DNA of 61,627 nt, filler included, from Hausera hauseri (lineage: Eukaryota), in assembly GCA_046269625.1 (NCBI GenBank). It is 10 parts of 10 records of this genome, joined end to end, with 100 filler letters (N's around TTAATTAATTAA, not from the genome) between each part and the next. Parts side by side here need not be neighbours in the genome. Positions count along the whole stretch, not along the records: positions 34,530 to 44,752 come from JBJURY010219964.1; positions 44,853 to 50,509 come from JBJURY010212077.1; 8 more parts are not named here. One strand, written 5' to 3'. Positions within the stretch are counted from its first letter, which is position 1, and each line of letters begins with the position of its first letter. Shown here one piece after another: positions 38,656 through 50,240 of this stretch. A model generated the notes under the pieces. That model did no database searches, had not been told where the DNA came from, and was given only the letters and a program-made list of their open reading frames with translations. The translations under genes and the position numbers were made by a program.

Positions 38656-41600
38656 GTGAAAAGCAATCTGAGTTCGTATCAGACAGAAATTTATCGGAAA
38701 CCGTTCAGTCCAGAGGATCCTTACGAAGGAACGAAACACTACAGAGTGTTTTGTAAGGTGGGAAAACCGTCTATATCATGCCGTCGCCCAGCGGTCGACG
38801 ATCGCGGTATAATCTATTCACCTAGAATGCCTAGAACAAACGAAACGCAGTCAAAATTTGCCAGAAACCGTGAGGTACACAATCTCCAGAACCAGGATAT
38901 TCAGAAGCCAGTTAGAAACCAAGGAATAGAAAACACGAATGGTGCAAATAATGAACTATACCCTATTGGAGAACTAAGACTGTTAATCGGCCAGCCCGTG
39001 GGAACTACGGAGGTTACTATTAACGGTTACAAAGTGTCAGCAATCCGACACCCTCGGGTAAAACCAAACTATTACGGTACGATAATGGAAGGAAGGCAAT
39101 TCGCAAAAATTCAATTGGAAGACTGGGAGGTATATGCGCTGATAGACACAGGATCCGAAATATAACTGATTAAATATGATTCAATACCACAATTTTTACG
39201 GAAACAATTGTATCCGCTTCCCATAATGGATCCAGGAAGCGTTGAAGCCTTCGGACAATCATCGAAAAGTAAATTCCGTTGGAAACCGGAAATTCACATA
39301 ATGGGACAATCTTTTCATCATGAATTCTCAGTAATGGAGCAACTAACGGATGATGTAGTGCTAGGATGTGATTTACTATGACAACTACCCAATATAGCAA
39401 TTGATTTCAATGCAGGCAAGTTGATAGAACTTGGCCCAATAAAAGAAGTTAGAACCACCAAAGATAGGAAGTTCGGAGAAGTGTGGATTCCAATAGATGA
39501 AAGCATACCACCCAGAACTGAAGTACTCATATATGCCCAAATACGTCAAGATGACGACCATGCAGTATATTTCGAACCAAAGGAATCGCTTAATCCAAAC
39601 CTTGTACTTAGCAATGTTTTGACAAGAGTATCAACAAGCCGCGTACCAATCAGAGTAGCGAGTAATGCGCCAACTTCAACCAAACTGTACGCTAATACCA
39701 CTTTGAGACACATCTATAGAGTATCGTTAATTACCATCGAAGAGAAACCGTTTAAGGGTGCCGAATTTCCACACTACGTCGAGACTAAATTTTCACCGCA
39801 ATTATATTGTAGATTTTACGAATTACTTTGCCGCTATAGCTCGATTATCTCGAGAGATGAAGAGGATATTGGCCGAGCCAGAACCTTAAGACGCACGATT
39901 CCAATTAAAAAGAAGCCTGGTTCCAACGACAAAATAGTTTTAGAAGATCAAAAAATACCCAAATGGTACCCTTTTCCGTACTCGTTAAGGCCAGAAATAA
40001 CTAAGGAAATTGAACGAATGTTAAAGGTCGACATAATAAGACCAAGCTATAGGTCTTGGTATTCGCCTATACTCATGGTTAAGAAAAAAGGTACCAATAA
40101 GCACCGATTTTGTATCGACTACCGAGTGTTAAACACACTTATGATGAAAGACTCCTTTCCATTACCATCGGTAAAGGAAACCTTGGATATGCTTTCGGGA
40201 GCTAAATGGTTCACCACGCTCGATCTACAATCCAGATATTGGCAAGTAGAGATAGTGGAGGAAGATCGGTATAAAACGGCATTTAAGACACATGATGGTA
40301 TATATGAATTTAAAGTTATGCCATTTGGGATAACTACCGGACCCGCCATTTTTACTCGCATGATGAACAAAATGATAATGGGATTGGAACATGCATTTGC
40401 CTTTTTGGACGACGTCATGATTGCGTCGAAAACAGAAGAGGATCATTTAAAGGATATTGAGGGTACATTTAAGAGACTGGAGCAAGCTGGACTAAAACTG
40501 AATCCCAAGAAGTGCAAATAGGCTTAGAATGCTGTGTCCTACCTTGAACATATAGTTGGAGAAGGAGGATCGAAGCAGAATAAATCACTATTAAGTAAGA
40601 TATTGGACTGCATGGAACCTCAGAATCAGAAGGAATTAAGACACTGATTAGGGTTATATGGGTATTGTGCTACCTACATACCAGATAACGCGAAAATAAA
40701 CGCACTTTTATATCGTTTGCTAAAAAGGGATCAAGTGGAAATTGGCCGATGTCGAACAGAAAGCTTTCGATGAAATGAAAAAGATTCTAACTAGTGAACC
40801 TTTATGAAGATATCCCGACTTCAACCTACCGTTTATAATAAAAACGGATGCCAGTAAGGAAGGTATCGGATATGAACTGGCCCAACAACAAGAATACGAG
40901 GAGCTGGAACACTAGATTGCATATTGATGGCGTTCCCTAAAGATAGTAGAGAAGAACTATTCCGTTACGGAGTTAGAAACGCTGGCAATGAAGGAAGCAC
41001 TACGACACTTTAACGTGTATGTTTATGGGCAAAGGATTGTAATAGTTTCCGATCATAAAGCAGATACGACCTTAAATGGTAGGGCAAATAATCCAACCTG
41101 TAGACTTAACAGATGAATCGAGGAGATCTCACGGTATAATATTGAATTCCAATACAAACCCGGAAATAAACATGTCGATGCCGATGCACTCTCTAAGCTT
41201 AAAACAAAAGCTAGCGCGGTTAAGGTAATTAAGAAAGCCCACCTCGAAGAATTAGTAGAGAGACAACGGACCCTTACTTTAGATAAGGCATTGAAGATTT
41301 CAGTCGAACAAAGAAAGGACAGAATTATACAACAAATTATGGAGTTCGTTGATTCCAACGAAACACCAAAAGGTCAGCAGTTACGGAAACACCTACGAAG
41401 ATATGGTCACAAATACCACTTCACAAGAGACTTGAACCATGAAAGTGTGTTGTACTACGAACGGAAAGGACGAAAATTGGTAGTCATACCAAAGGGATTG
41501 CCAACAGAGGTACAAATGGCCGAGCACGATTTGTATTTAGCCGGACATATGTCGTGGAAAAAGACCTTGGAAAGAATATTAAATAAATATTATTGGCCGA

Positions 41601-42625
41601 GCGTTTACATTGATGTGAGGAATTGGGTGAATGCTTGTGAAGTATGCGCAACTAAACAAAGAAAAGTGAGAAACTACATCGCCGAACTTACACCCATCAG
41701 CGTGCCGGATAGACCGATGCAAGCAACGTCCATGGATATCGTAGGACTATTACCTACGACCCACAAAAAAACAAATATATTTTGACTTGTGTAAATGGAT
41801 TAACTCATTTCGTTGAACTTATAGCATTAATAGACCAAAAGGCCAAGACTCTGGCAGAAGTAGTAGTCCAGAAGATTATTTGCAGATACGGACCGCCCGA
41901 TCAAATTTTGACAGACCGAGGGAGAAATTTTACGAGCGAATTATTTGACAGAATTACCAAAATTTTCGAAATTGAACGACTAACTACGACAGCTTATCAT
42001 CCCCAATTCAATGGAATGGTTGAACGGATGAACGCGACAGTTACACGAACCTTGTCGACAGTAGTTGCAAAGGACCAGAAAGACTGGGACGAGTTCTTGG
42101 AAGGTACACAATTCGTCATTAACACTACCCCGCATCCTGTGACAGGATTCACTCCATTTTTTATTATGTACGGCAGAGAAACTGTACTGCCTACAGATTT
42201 AGGATTGATTCCCTACACAAAAAACGGAAGATTTGGAGAAAAATTTTGTCGAGGAATTACAATTGAAATTACACAAGTGTTGGGAACTAGCCAAGGAATT
42301 ATCTAAAAAATACCAGGAACAATTTAAGAAGCAATACGACAAGAAGGCTAAACCACACGACCTAGAACCAGGAAACTGGGTTTACATACACTATCCAGTG
42401 GCCAAAAAAGGCACATCTCTTAAACTTACCAGAACCGGTAGAGGGCCTTATGAAGTTACCACAACTACACCGACCACAGTTTATATAAATAAAAATGGCA
42501 AGGAAAAGGTTATATCGATTCAGAGAATAGTTAAAACCGAGATAAGACCAAGTAAACGCCACAATCTACGTTCTGGCAAAGCGAAATCGGAGCATACGAA
42601 CAAGGAAAGAAAACATCGTCCATAA
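38656..42625 (+). pseudogene. pol: Pol (protease, RT, RNase H, integrase with GPY motif), disrupted
   Basis: ALIDTGS; FCIDYRVLN, TLDLQSRYWQ, MPFG, FLDD; TDASKEG, YSVTELE, DADALS; H..GH..C..C, MDIVG, TDRGRNF, YHPQFNGMVER, RGPYEV. Confidence 0.93.
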
Positions 42626-42639
42626 CGGTTAGGCCGATA

Positions 42640-44015
42640 ACGTATGTGCAAATAGTCCTCGCCTTATCGTTAATTGCTTCGTATGTACTGAAGGTGAAAT
42701 CGATAACTCAAATCTAAAAATTACAATATGCGGCAAGACGAAAGGATATCCAAAATTTGCAATCACTTAGAGTGTACGATATGGACTAGAGCAAATCGTG
42801 TGCGTGGTTCGAAGCGAGTGAACCTATTCAAAACCATGTGAAATTTCAAATAATATTTGTAACTAGAACCACAATGAGAACATGCGATTTTCCGTATGGA
42901 ATTCATAAGAAGTTTTGCGATTTGGATTTCGGACAAACCTACCTATACAGGTTTCAAATGTTTTACTATAATCCACCTAAAGCCCAAGCCTATATAATTA
43001 CCGATCTATTAATAAGAATGCCTCAACAAAATGGCACAAGCCAAGCCAAAACAGAGGAGATAATCCAAAGTACTGACCCATTTAAACGGCTCTTAGATTA
43101 TAACATTATTGGGATTTCCAAAGACCTAAAGGATCAATGTATTCGAATAAGACCAAAATAGAACTGCCAAGAGACAGGAAAATTTTTGTCCGATTTGTAC
43201 CACTGAATTCCTCGACTCCTATTCCTGAGTACTTCTATCTGGCCCGACGACGACCTACTGTGTGCTATAAACTGCAACTAGGACAGAAGTATCAGTTACA
43301 ACTCGATTTGTACAATACGTATCCCGGAGAACAAAGCACTTATTTAAGGTGATACCGTCCAAAAATCGGAATATGAAAGCTTCCGTTCCCAACCACTACG
43401 AGAAAACCGTCTACTGTTTCAAGTACAACTCCCACTACTATGATCGTCATTTTAGATAAAATGCCCAAAAAGGAACAATGAATCATTCCGGTTAAGATTT
43501 TAGCAAAACGTAATAGAATTCTATTTTACGCTGAAGAAACGTTAACCCAAGATGTCAAAATTGGATGTCGCACCCTGCATACAAATCAAATTATAATACT
43601 GAGAAAGAATAGTCAGGAAACTGAATGCAAATCATTACGACCGCAGCATAATTATATAGTCCGAATTACCGCAAAGGGTGGGAAAACTAGGACTTTTACA
43701 GTACGAACTCCCGACAACAAAACTAATGTAATGCAGTATAAAGATCTTAGTACTCAAAATGCGTTTACCATAAACGGTTCTATTGAGCCAAACAAATTAC
43801 CGATAATAGCTATATTTAATTTGTCAGTTTTTGTTCTTGTCACGTTAACGGCAATAATTTTTCTAGTTTCCAAAAATTGTAATAAACGCGATAGAAATCG
43901 GACCCCAAAAGGGTTGAAATGGGGTTTAGAGGAGAATAGACGGGTTCGGTTATACGCAATGCGGAATCCCAAGGATGCTCGAGCATACCTCCTAAGAGAT
44001 ATGATCCCGTACTAG
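42640..44015 (+). pseudogene. Type I membrane protein with signal peptide, three FN3-like repeats, S/T linker and TM helix
   Basis: YVQIVLALSLIASYVL leader; repeats CDLDFGQTYLYRF, CYKLQLGQKYQLQL, CKSLRPQHNYIVRITA; PTTTRKPSTVSSTTPTT; TM LPIIAIFNLSVFVLVTLTAIIFLV then SKNCNKR; stops and one frameshift. Confidence 0.55.
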
Positions 44016-44324
44016 CCCACCCATCAGCAATTGTACGTACATGTCGCTGATGGGGAAATTTAATACAGGATCGTAGGACAATCCTCGAGTACACAAAAAG
44101 GACAACAATGGAAATTTAGTACCTATGAACTATGTTGCTATAACCTCATGAATTACGCTCTAGAGTTCAGAATTACAGAACTTCCGACCAAAATCATAAT
44201 TGAGATGACTTGGCGAACAGAAGTAATGAAGCCATTACCACCGTTACTATATATACAAAAACCATCGGAAGACGAGATATAGCAAAATGGAGAATCTTAA
44301 AGATTAATTCCAGACGGTAGGAAC

Positions 44325-44752
44325 ACCCGGATATTAGCCGTAAACAATGGAGAGAAGGATGACGGATAGTATATTCCGATCGAGGTTTCTATCAGAAATA
44401 CAAATGCAGAACTTATAAACAAAATAATTGCGCCTTGAGCTAGGGTAAAAGATACCTTCCCCGACGTTACAGGGATTACGAAAGTATAGTTCGAAAAGGG
44501 AAAATATTTCTTAGAGATCCAGGAAGATATAAGCCATTGCTTATATGGATACGTTGTTACCGGATTTTGATTGCACGAAGCGTTAGAACGGCTAGGAATT
44601 AGACAAGAATATATATCCGGAATTCGGGAACTAAGTCGAAGCCCAGCTGTCGTGAGCCAGGTAGAAAACGCATTGATGAGGAAAAGAGGATGCCTACTTC
44701 CGTCAGCATCACGCGAATCACGATTTAAAATGATGCTAGAAGCCATTAATTG
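44325..44752 (+). pseudogene. DEDDh (REX4/ISG20-like) 3'-5' exonuclease-fold domain, degenerate
   Basis: RILAVNN..IPIEVSI.N..LINKIIAP..RVKD..VTGIT..EIQEDI..LYGYVVTG..L..LGI..IREL; same frame as 43137-44015. Confidence 0.55.
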
Positions 44753-44852
44753 NNNNNNNNNNNNNNNNNNNNNNNNNNNNNNNNNNNNNNNNNNNNTTAA
44801 TTAATTAANNNNNNNNNNNNNNNNNNNNNNNNNNNNNNNNNNNNNNNNNNNN

Positions 44853-44937
44853 ACAGTGGTACAGTGGTACAGTGGTACAGTGGTACAGTGGTACAGTGGT
44901 ACAGTGGTACAGTGGTACAGTGGTACAGTGGTACAGT
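44853..44937. repeat. (ACAGTGGT)n tandem repeat
   Basis: About 10 perfect 8-bp units at contig start. Confidence 0.95.
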
Positions 44938-46109
44938 TGTTATTAGTTGTTGAAAGCTGTTGAATTTGCTGCAATTACGTAATTGTTGATTAGAGGTTAT
45001 TGATTAGCAAACGAGTTGAAACACTTTAGCTGTTTCAATGCATTGATTCGGAAACATATTTCCAGATAAACAGATACCGCTGATTGATTTTTGAAGTACG
45101 ATTTATTTGTTGAAATATTTTTTCGTAAAATCCATTATAGTTGTTCGTCTACCTTTAAAGGTGGTTAGACTGAAGTAGGGTTTAAACTGTCATTTAATCT
45201 ATATAGTTAAATCGAGAATTCGTTTAACTGATTTGCACAAGACCCCAAGAGTGTACCTGAATTGCGTGCTGAATTCTTCATATAAGATAAGGCAAATTCT
45301 CTCTAGATGATAACGTTTAGACTTTACCTGCTTAATAGGGATTTAATTTCAAGTGTAACTACTGTTATATAGTGGAAGTTATATAAGGACCACCCAAATA
45401 TACAACACTATTGTTATAAATACGCCAACCACTTTGAATTTTATGCATGGCAATATTAATTGGACGAGGTTTGGTAAATTCACAAATTAACTCCTGATCC
45501 TTCATTGAATCCAAACTGAATCCAATCGTACATAAAACTTATTAATAGCATGCGTTTAGTTACGCCTTAAAGCATTTCTTCTCCATAATTATAGGAAAGG
45601 TTAAATATACAGTTAAAAATAGTTTGTTTAATTTGTGGGATATTCATAAAAATGCGCGAAATTGCTATTTAGATGCATATTACCATACACATATTTAAAC
45701 AATAGCACACTTTCAATTTGTATATTACAAATTCAAATATAAACATACAAAAAAAATTAGTTTACGTAAAGACTAAAAGTCACAATGTAATCTTTATTAG
45801 CTCCATTTTGCTTCACTGCCAATATTTTTTGAGTTAAAATCAGATTAAAACCGTTTGAAAGCCAAACATAAAAATTCTTTAATGTTCACCTGATGACAAA
45901 ATTAACCACAAATTCAGAAATCTGACTTTTCTGATACATGAAACTTATTATGAACGACAAAATCAAAACAGTCGTTAAATATTCAACGCAATAATAATGA
46001 AAATCAATACTCGATTAATGTTTTGTATTTACAAACTAACGTATGTTTAACATAAACCGAAGCTAAACCAAATATTGAACACAAATCCTAATTTGTTAAA
46101 ACATCACAA

Positions 46110-47544
46110 CTACATATCATCTCCATAGTACAACGATTCCATATCCAAACCAACTTCTTCGTAGTCTTTTTCAAGACATTCCAAATTTTCTCTTGCTTCA
46201 GTAAATTCTCCTTCTTCCATTCCTTCGCCAATATACCAATGAACGAAAGCCCGTTTAGAATACATCAGGTCGAATTTGTGGTCTAATCTAGCCCATGCTT
46301 CAGCAATCGCGGTCGTATTGCTTAACATACAGACGGCCTTGTTAACTTTAGCCATTTCGCTACCTACAACGACGGATGGCGGCTGACAATTAACACCAAC
46401 TTTGAAACCAGTCGGACACCAATCAACAAATTGTATGGCCTTTCTTGCTTTAATAGAACTAATTGCTGCATTTACGTCTTTCGGAAAAACATCGCCACGA
46501 TAGAGAAGGCAACATGCCATGTATTTTCCATGTCTTGGATCACATTTTACCATTTGATTAAATGGTTCAAAACAGGAATTTGTGATTTCTTGCACAGTGA
46601 ATTGTTCGTGATGGGCCTTTGCAGAGGATATAACAGGAGCATATGAAGCTAATGGAAAATGGACTCTCGGATATGGTACCAAATTTGTCTGGAATTCTGT
46701 AAGGTCCACGTTTAAAGCCCCACTGAATCTCAACGATGCAGTTATTGAGCTTACAATTTGACTAATAAGTCTATTCAAATTTTTATAAGTCGGTCTCTCC
46801 ACACAAAGATTACGCTGACAAATATCATAAATGGCTTCGTTGTCAACCATAAACACACAATCACTGAATTCTAATGTCGAGTGCGTCGTTAAAATGGAAT
46901 TGTACGGCTCAACAACAGCCGTCGAAACTCTTGGTGCAGGATACACTGCAAATTCAAGTCTTAACTTTTTCCCGTATTCAACACTCAGTTTCTCCATCAA
47001 TAACGACGTAAATCCCGATCCAGTTCCTCCTCCGAATGAGTGGAATAAAAGAAACCCTTGCAAGCCTGAACAGATGTCGGCAACTTTTCGTAGTCTGTTG
47101 ATAACTTTATCAATTATTTCTTTACCGATTGTATAATGGCCTCTCGCGTAATTATTAGCTGCATCCTCCTTACCAGTGATCAGTTGCTCTGGATGATACA
47201 ATTGCCGATATGGTCCTGTTCGAACTTCATCTGAATAATTTCAATACCAAAGTCAATCAATATGATTAACATATTACCGATAACATTCGGTTCTAAGTCA
47301 ATGAACAGAGCTCTTGGAACAAATTTTCCAAATCCCGTTTCACTAAAAAACGTATTGAAACAGTCTTCATTTCCTAGAGTTGGTCTCGTATCAGCCATCT
47401 GCCCATCGGGACTAATACCATGTTCGATACAATACAACTCCCAACAAGCATTTCCCATTTGGACTCCAGCTTGTCCAATATGAATATTTATTACTTCACG
47501 CTACGATAAATTATATACAAAAATGAACTAAACTACCTTACCAT
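46110..47544 (-). CDS. TUBA: Alpha-tubulin, intact; exons 47544-47542, 47500-47278, 47230-46110 (448 aa)
   Basis: [47 protein letters not shown]; GT-AG introns of 41 and 47 bp after codon 1 and within codon 76; spliced length 1347 nt, open. Confidence 0.96.
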
Positions 47545-48004
47545 GATTTGAAATTAGAAAATTGTGACCTATAGAAAAACTGTGGCACTATTTATATGAA
47601 CAATACGTACGTGTATTACTCATGCTTTTAAGGCTTACAAATGACAAAGCAATTGATTTTAAATTTATCCACTGCTGTACCTGTTGCATATTACGCAATA
47701 ACCTCACTCATGAAATTACTCATAAATGCTTTGTCTGGTTGGTTAAATTTCATAGTTGGTTGTTTTAAGTTAAAAGTGCACATTATTTGCAGTTTATTTG
47801 AATACAATAAAGTCAATTTAAAAATACTCCATTATTTATTATTCATCATTAGTTTTCCAAAGTTAATGAATTATTGTGCATAAATATTTTACTTGAAACT
47901 TTACTAAGTGTTAATCGAAATTGTGTTCTAGAGAAAGCTTATATATTACAATTTATTAACCGATTTCTTCAAATTAACATATAGTCAAAAGTATAAAGTG
48001 CTGT

Positions 48005-49180
48005 TATACAACCCTAATTATACAATCTCCTCGATCATAAGGATCATGTCACAGTCCTTAATGATCTGCAGGCTAATACCGGTATATCTCAGCATTGCTA
48101 CCCAACTCATCCCAGGAGCCGTGAAGAAATGAGGTGGATCCAATGCATGGCTCTTCATCGTAACATCCCTGAAGCTTTCAAAGATCCGTCAAGAGAAGCT
48201 CATCCGTCTTAAGGTATATGTGGCTGTACTCCTCAATTGTTCTTCATTGGAATGCATGTCAGACATTTTGGACATGCTGATAGTCCTCATCACTAATATG
48301 GCTGCTCGACAACTGGCTATAAAAGCCCTCCTTGTCCGTCAATAAGGTCTCATCCAGTGTTTCCCATGATGTTATATAGTCATAGGGAAGCACTCCTTTC
48401 CTCTTGACTAGGTCAAATGCATTTGGGAAGAACCGCTTCGTCTCCTTGAGTCCTTCTGCAGGGATGTTCTTCACTAAGCTGTCTACAAATCGAAGTTGGA
48501 CTTTTTATACGTGCTCTGTAAAGGTGACGTATTTTTATTCGCTGTTTGGGATCACATCAATGTTTCCCTCAACGTTTCTCAATTCTCGGACTATGAAATA
48601 GGTATTATGGCCACGGAGATTGTGGAACATTCGTGCACATATGTGTATGTTTTGCAGCGTAGATTGCAGTTGTTACACTCTGCGCCTCGATATTTGCCTG
48701 TAAAATGGCAGTGATCTCTGACTTTCCAATTCTCCATGGTGAAGGACTTATCACACAAGTAACATACTGTTGCCTTGCGTCATTTTTCTTCTTGCTTCTT
48801 TGACATGCTCATTTTATCCTTATACTGCTTCAACATATCTCCAATCCTATGAGCCACGTTTCAAGTCGCTTCATAAAATGTTCTGCGCCTGGACCCCTAA
48901 ATAGCTGTGGTTTACTGTCCAGTCCTTTGGGATGCATACAATATGGTGAGCGTTCATGATATTGGTATGCCATTGTGCTGTTATGTTGTGGGTTGGGGCT
49001 GCAACTCTGAACTGGATGCAGAATAGCCTAAAAGTCGCAACTGATGACTATTGGGACCTTGACCTCCTTCTCGAACTCTTTAAATTCAATGTAGTCTTTC
49101 TTTGGAAATTCTGGTCTGACGCAATAATTGTTGTTGCAGTACATCTTGTGCTCTGCAAGCCTGTCAGTAGGGGAAAAAGA
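48005..49180 (-). pseudogene. Polinton/adintovirus-type PolB fragment (exonuclease region)
   Basis: VISCDF, VRDHCHFTGKYRGAECNNCNL, FHNLRG, KRKGVLPYDY, FYSQL..ISDEDY, DPPHFFTAPGMSW. Confidence 0.85.
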
Positions 49181-49289
49181 TGATTCTGGACCAAAGGGGG
49201 AGGTGGGTCCACCCAAGCACCAACTGACCAATCACGTAACGCTCGCATTCTGATTGGTCAATTCGACAAAGGCGCGTTGAATGGTGCGG

Positions 49290-50240
49290 TCGGTTTTTTC
49301 GTGTCGCGAAAGACAATGCCGGGAAATGCAAAAGAAAAAAACGAACTTTTTACAGAAGCTAAATATGAGTAGGGATGGATAAGACAAAGTGTAGAGTAGA
49401 GTATGGGCGTTTTAATGATATGGGAAATATGGGGTTCGCGTGTTTGGGAAAAGTGGGTGTGGTGTCGCGGTCGCGAACCCAAGTCGTCCCCACCGAATTG
49501 CTGATCGTGTGAATGAGGCCATGTGAACGTATATCAGAAGATGCAGCAGCTTACGAAACCTCAATTGTTAAGTCATTTTACACCTCTACGATTTTACTTT
49601 CTAACGATAGAGCTTTATCTCCAAACGTATATCAGAAGATGCAGCAGCTCACGAGGAATTGACAGTTCTAATGTTACATCATTTCGTACCTCTACGATTT
49701 TCCTTTCTAACGATAGAGATTTATCTCTCGTACGACGTGATCTCGTGATCATATTCTATATATAAATTTGTACAGATTACTGTGTTAATAATAATTGAAT
49801 TGATCTTTGTAATTGAGAATTGATTGCCTTTTTGATATAATAAAAGCTTACTGTTCCCTGATATTCTGATATCCTCTAATATTTTCTGACTCACATTATA
49901 TTAGGATCTACTTGAAAGTGGGAAGGTCGGTCAAAGAGACGAAAAGTAGGCGAAAGGAAAAGTGTGAATTTCAATGGAACCACTGATGTTATTGCCGGGA
50001 TATGCACGGTTTGTGGTCAGTTCTGCAACGGCGAGTTCAGTATTGCGGTCTGTCTTTCAGTGTCGCAAAAGACAAAGCCGGGAAATGCAAAAGGAAAATA
50101 TTAACTTTTTCCAGAAGCAAAATTTGAGCAGTAATGTATAAGAGAAAGTGTAGAGTAGAGTACGGGATTTCGAATGATATGTGAAACATGGGGTTCGCAT
50201 GTTTTGGAAGAGTGGGAAAGTCGGTTAGAAAAAGAGGAGA
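49290..50240. repeat. Dispersed ~170-bp direct repeat (49290-49460 and 50050-50220) plus local duplication 49546-49720
   Basis: Shared GTGTCGC.AAAGACAA.GCCGGGAAATGCAAAAG...AAAGTGTAGAGTAGAGTA...ATGGGGTTCGC; duplicated AACGTATATCAGAAGATGCAGCAGCT. Confidence 0.8.

Larger units (their letters stand above)
34530..44752 (+). mobile_element. Large cargo-rich Ty3/Gypsy-type element (family C), degenerate, both ends missing
   Basis: One contig with uniform A-rich plus-strand coding bias; Gypsy-order pol flanked by co-oriented accessory ORFs that show similar decay. Confidence 0.8.

Noticed and set aside
38656-39100. Gag of element C
   Set aside because: No capsid or CCHC signature; reads as a linker before the protease
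29106-44570. Stop-codon reassignment (TGA=Trp) explaining the in-frame stops
   Set aside because: Stops are a mix of TGA, TAG and TAA at Trp, Arg and Gln positions and co-occur with frameshifts; tubulin and CYFIP use TGG for Trp. Ordinary transition decay
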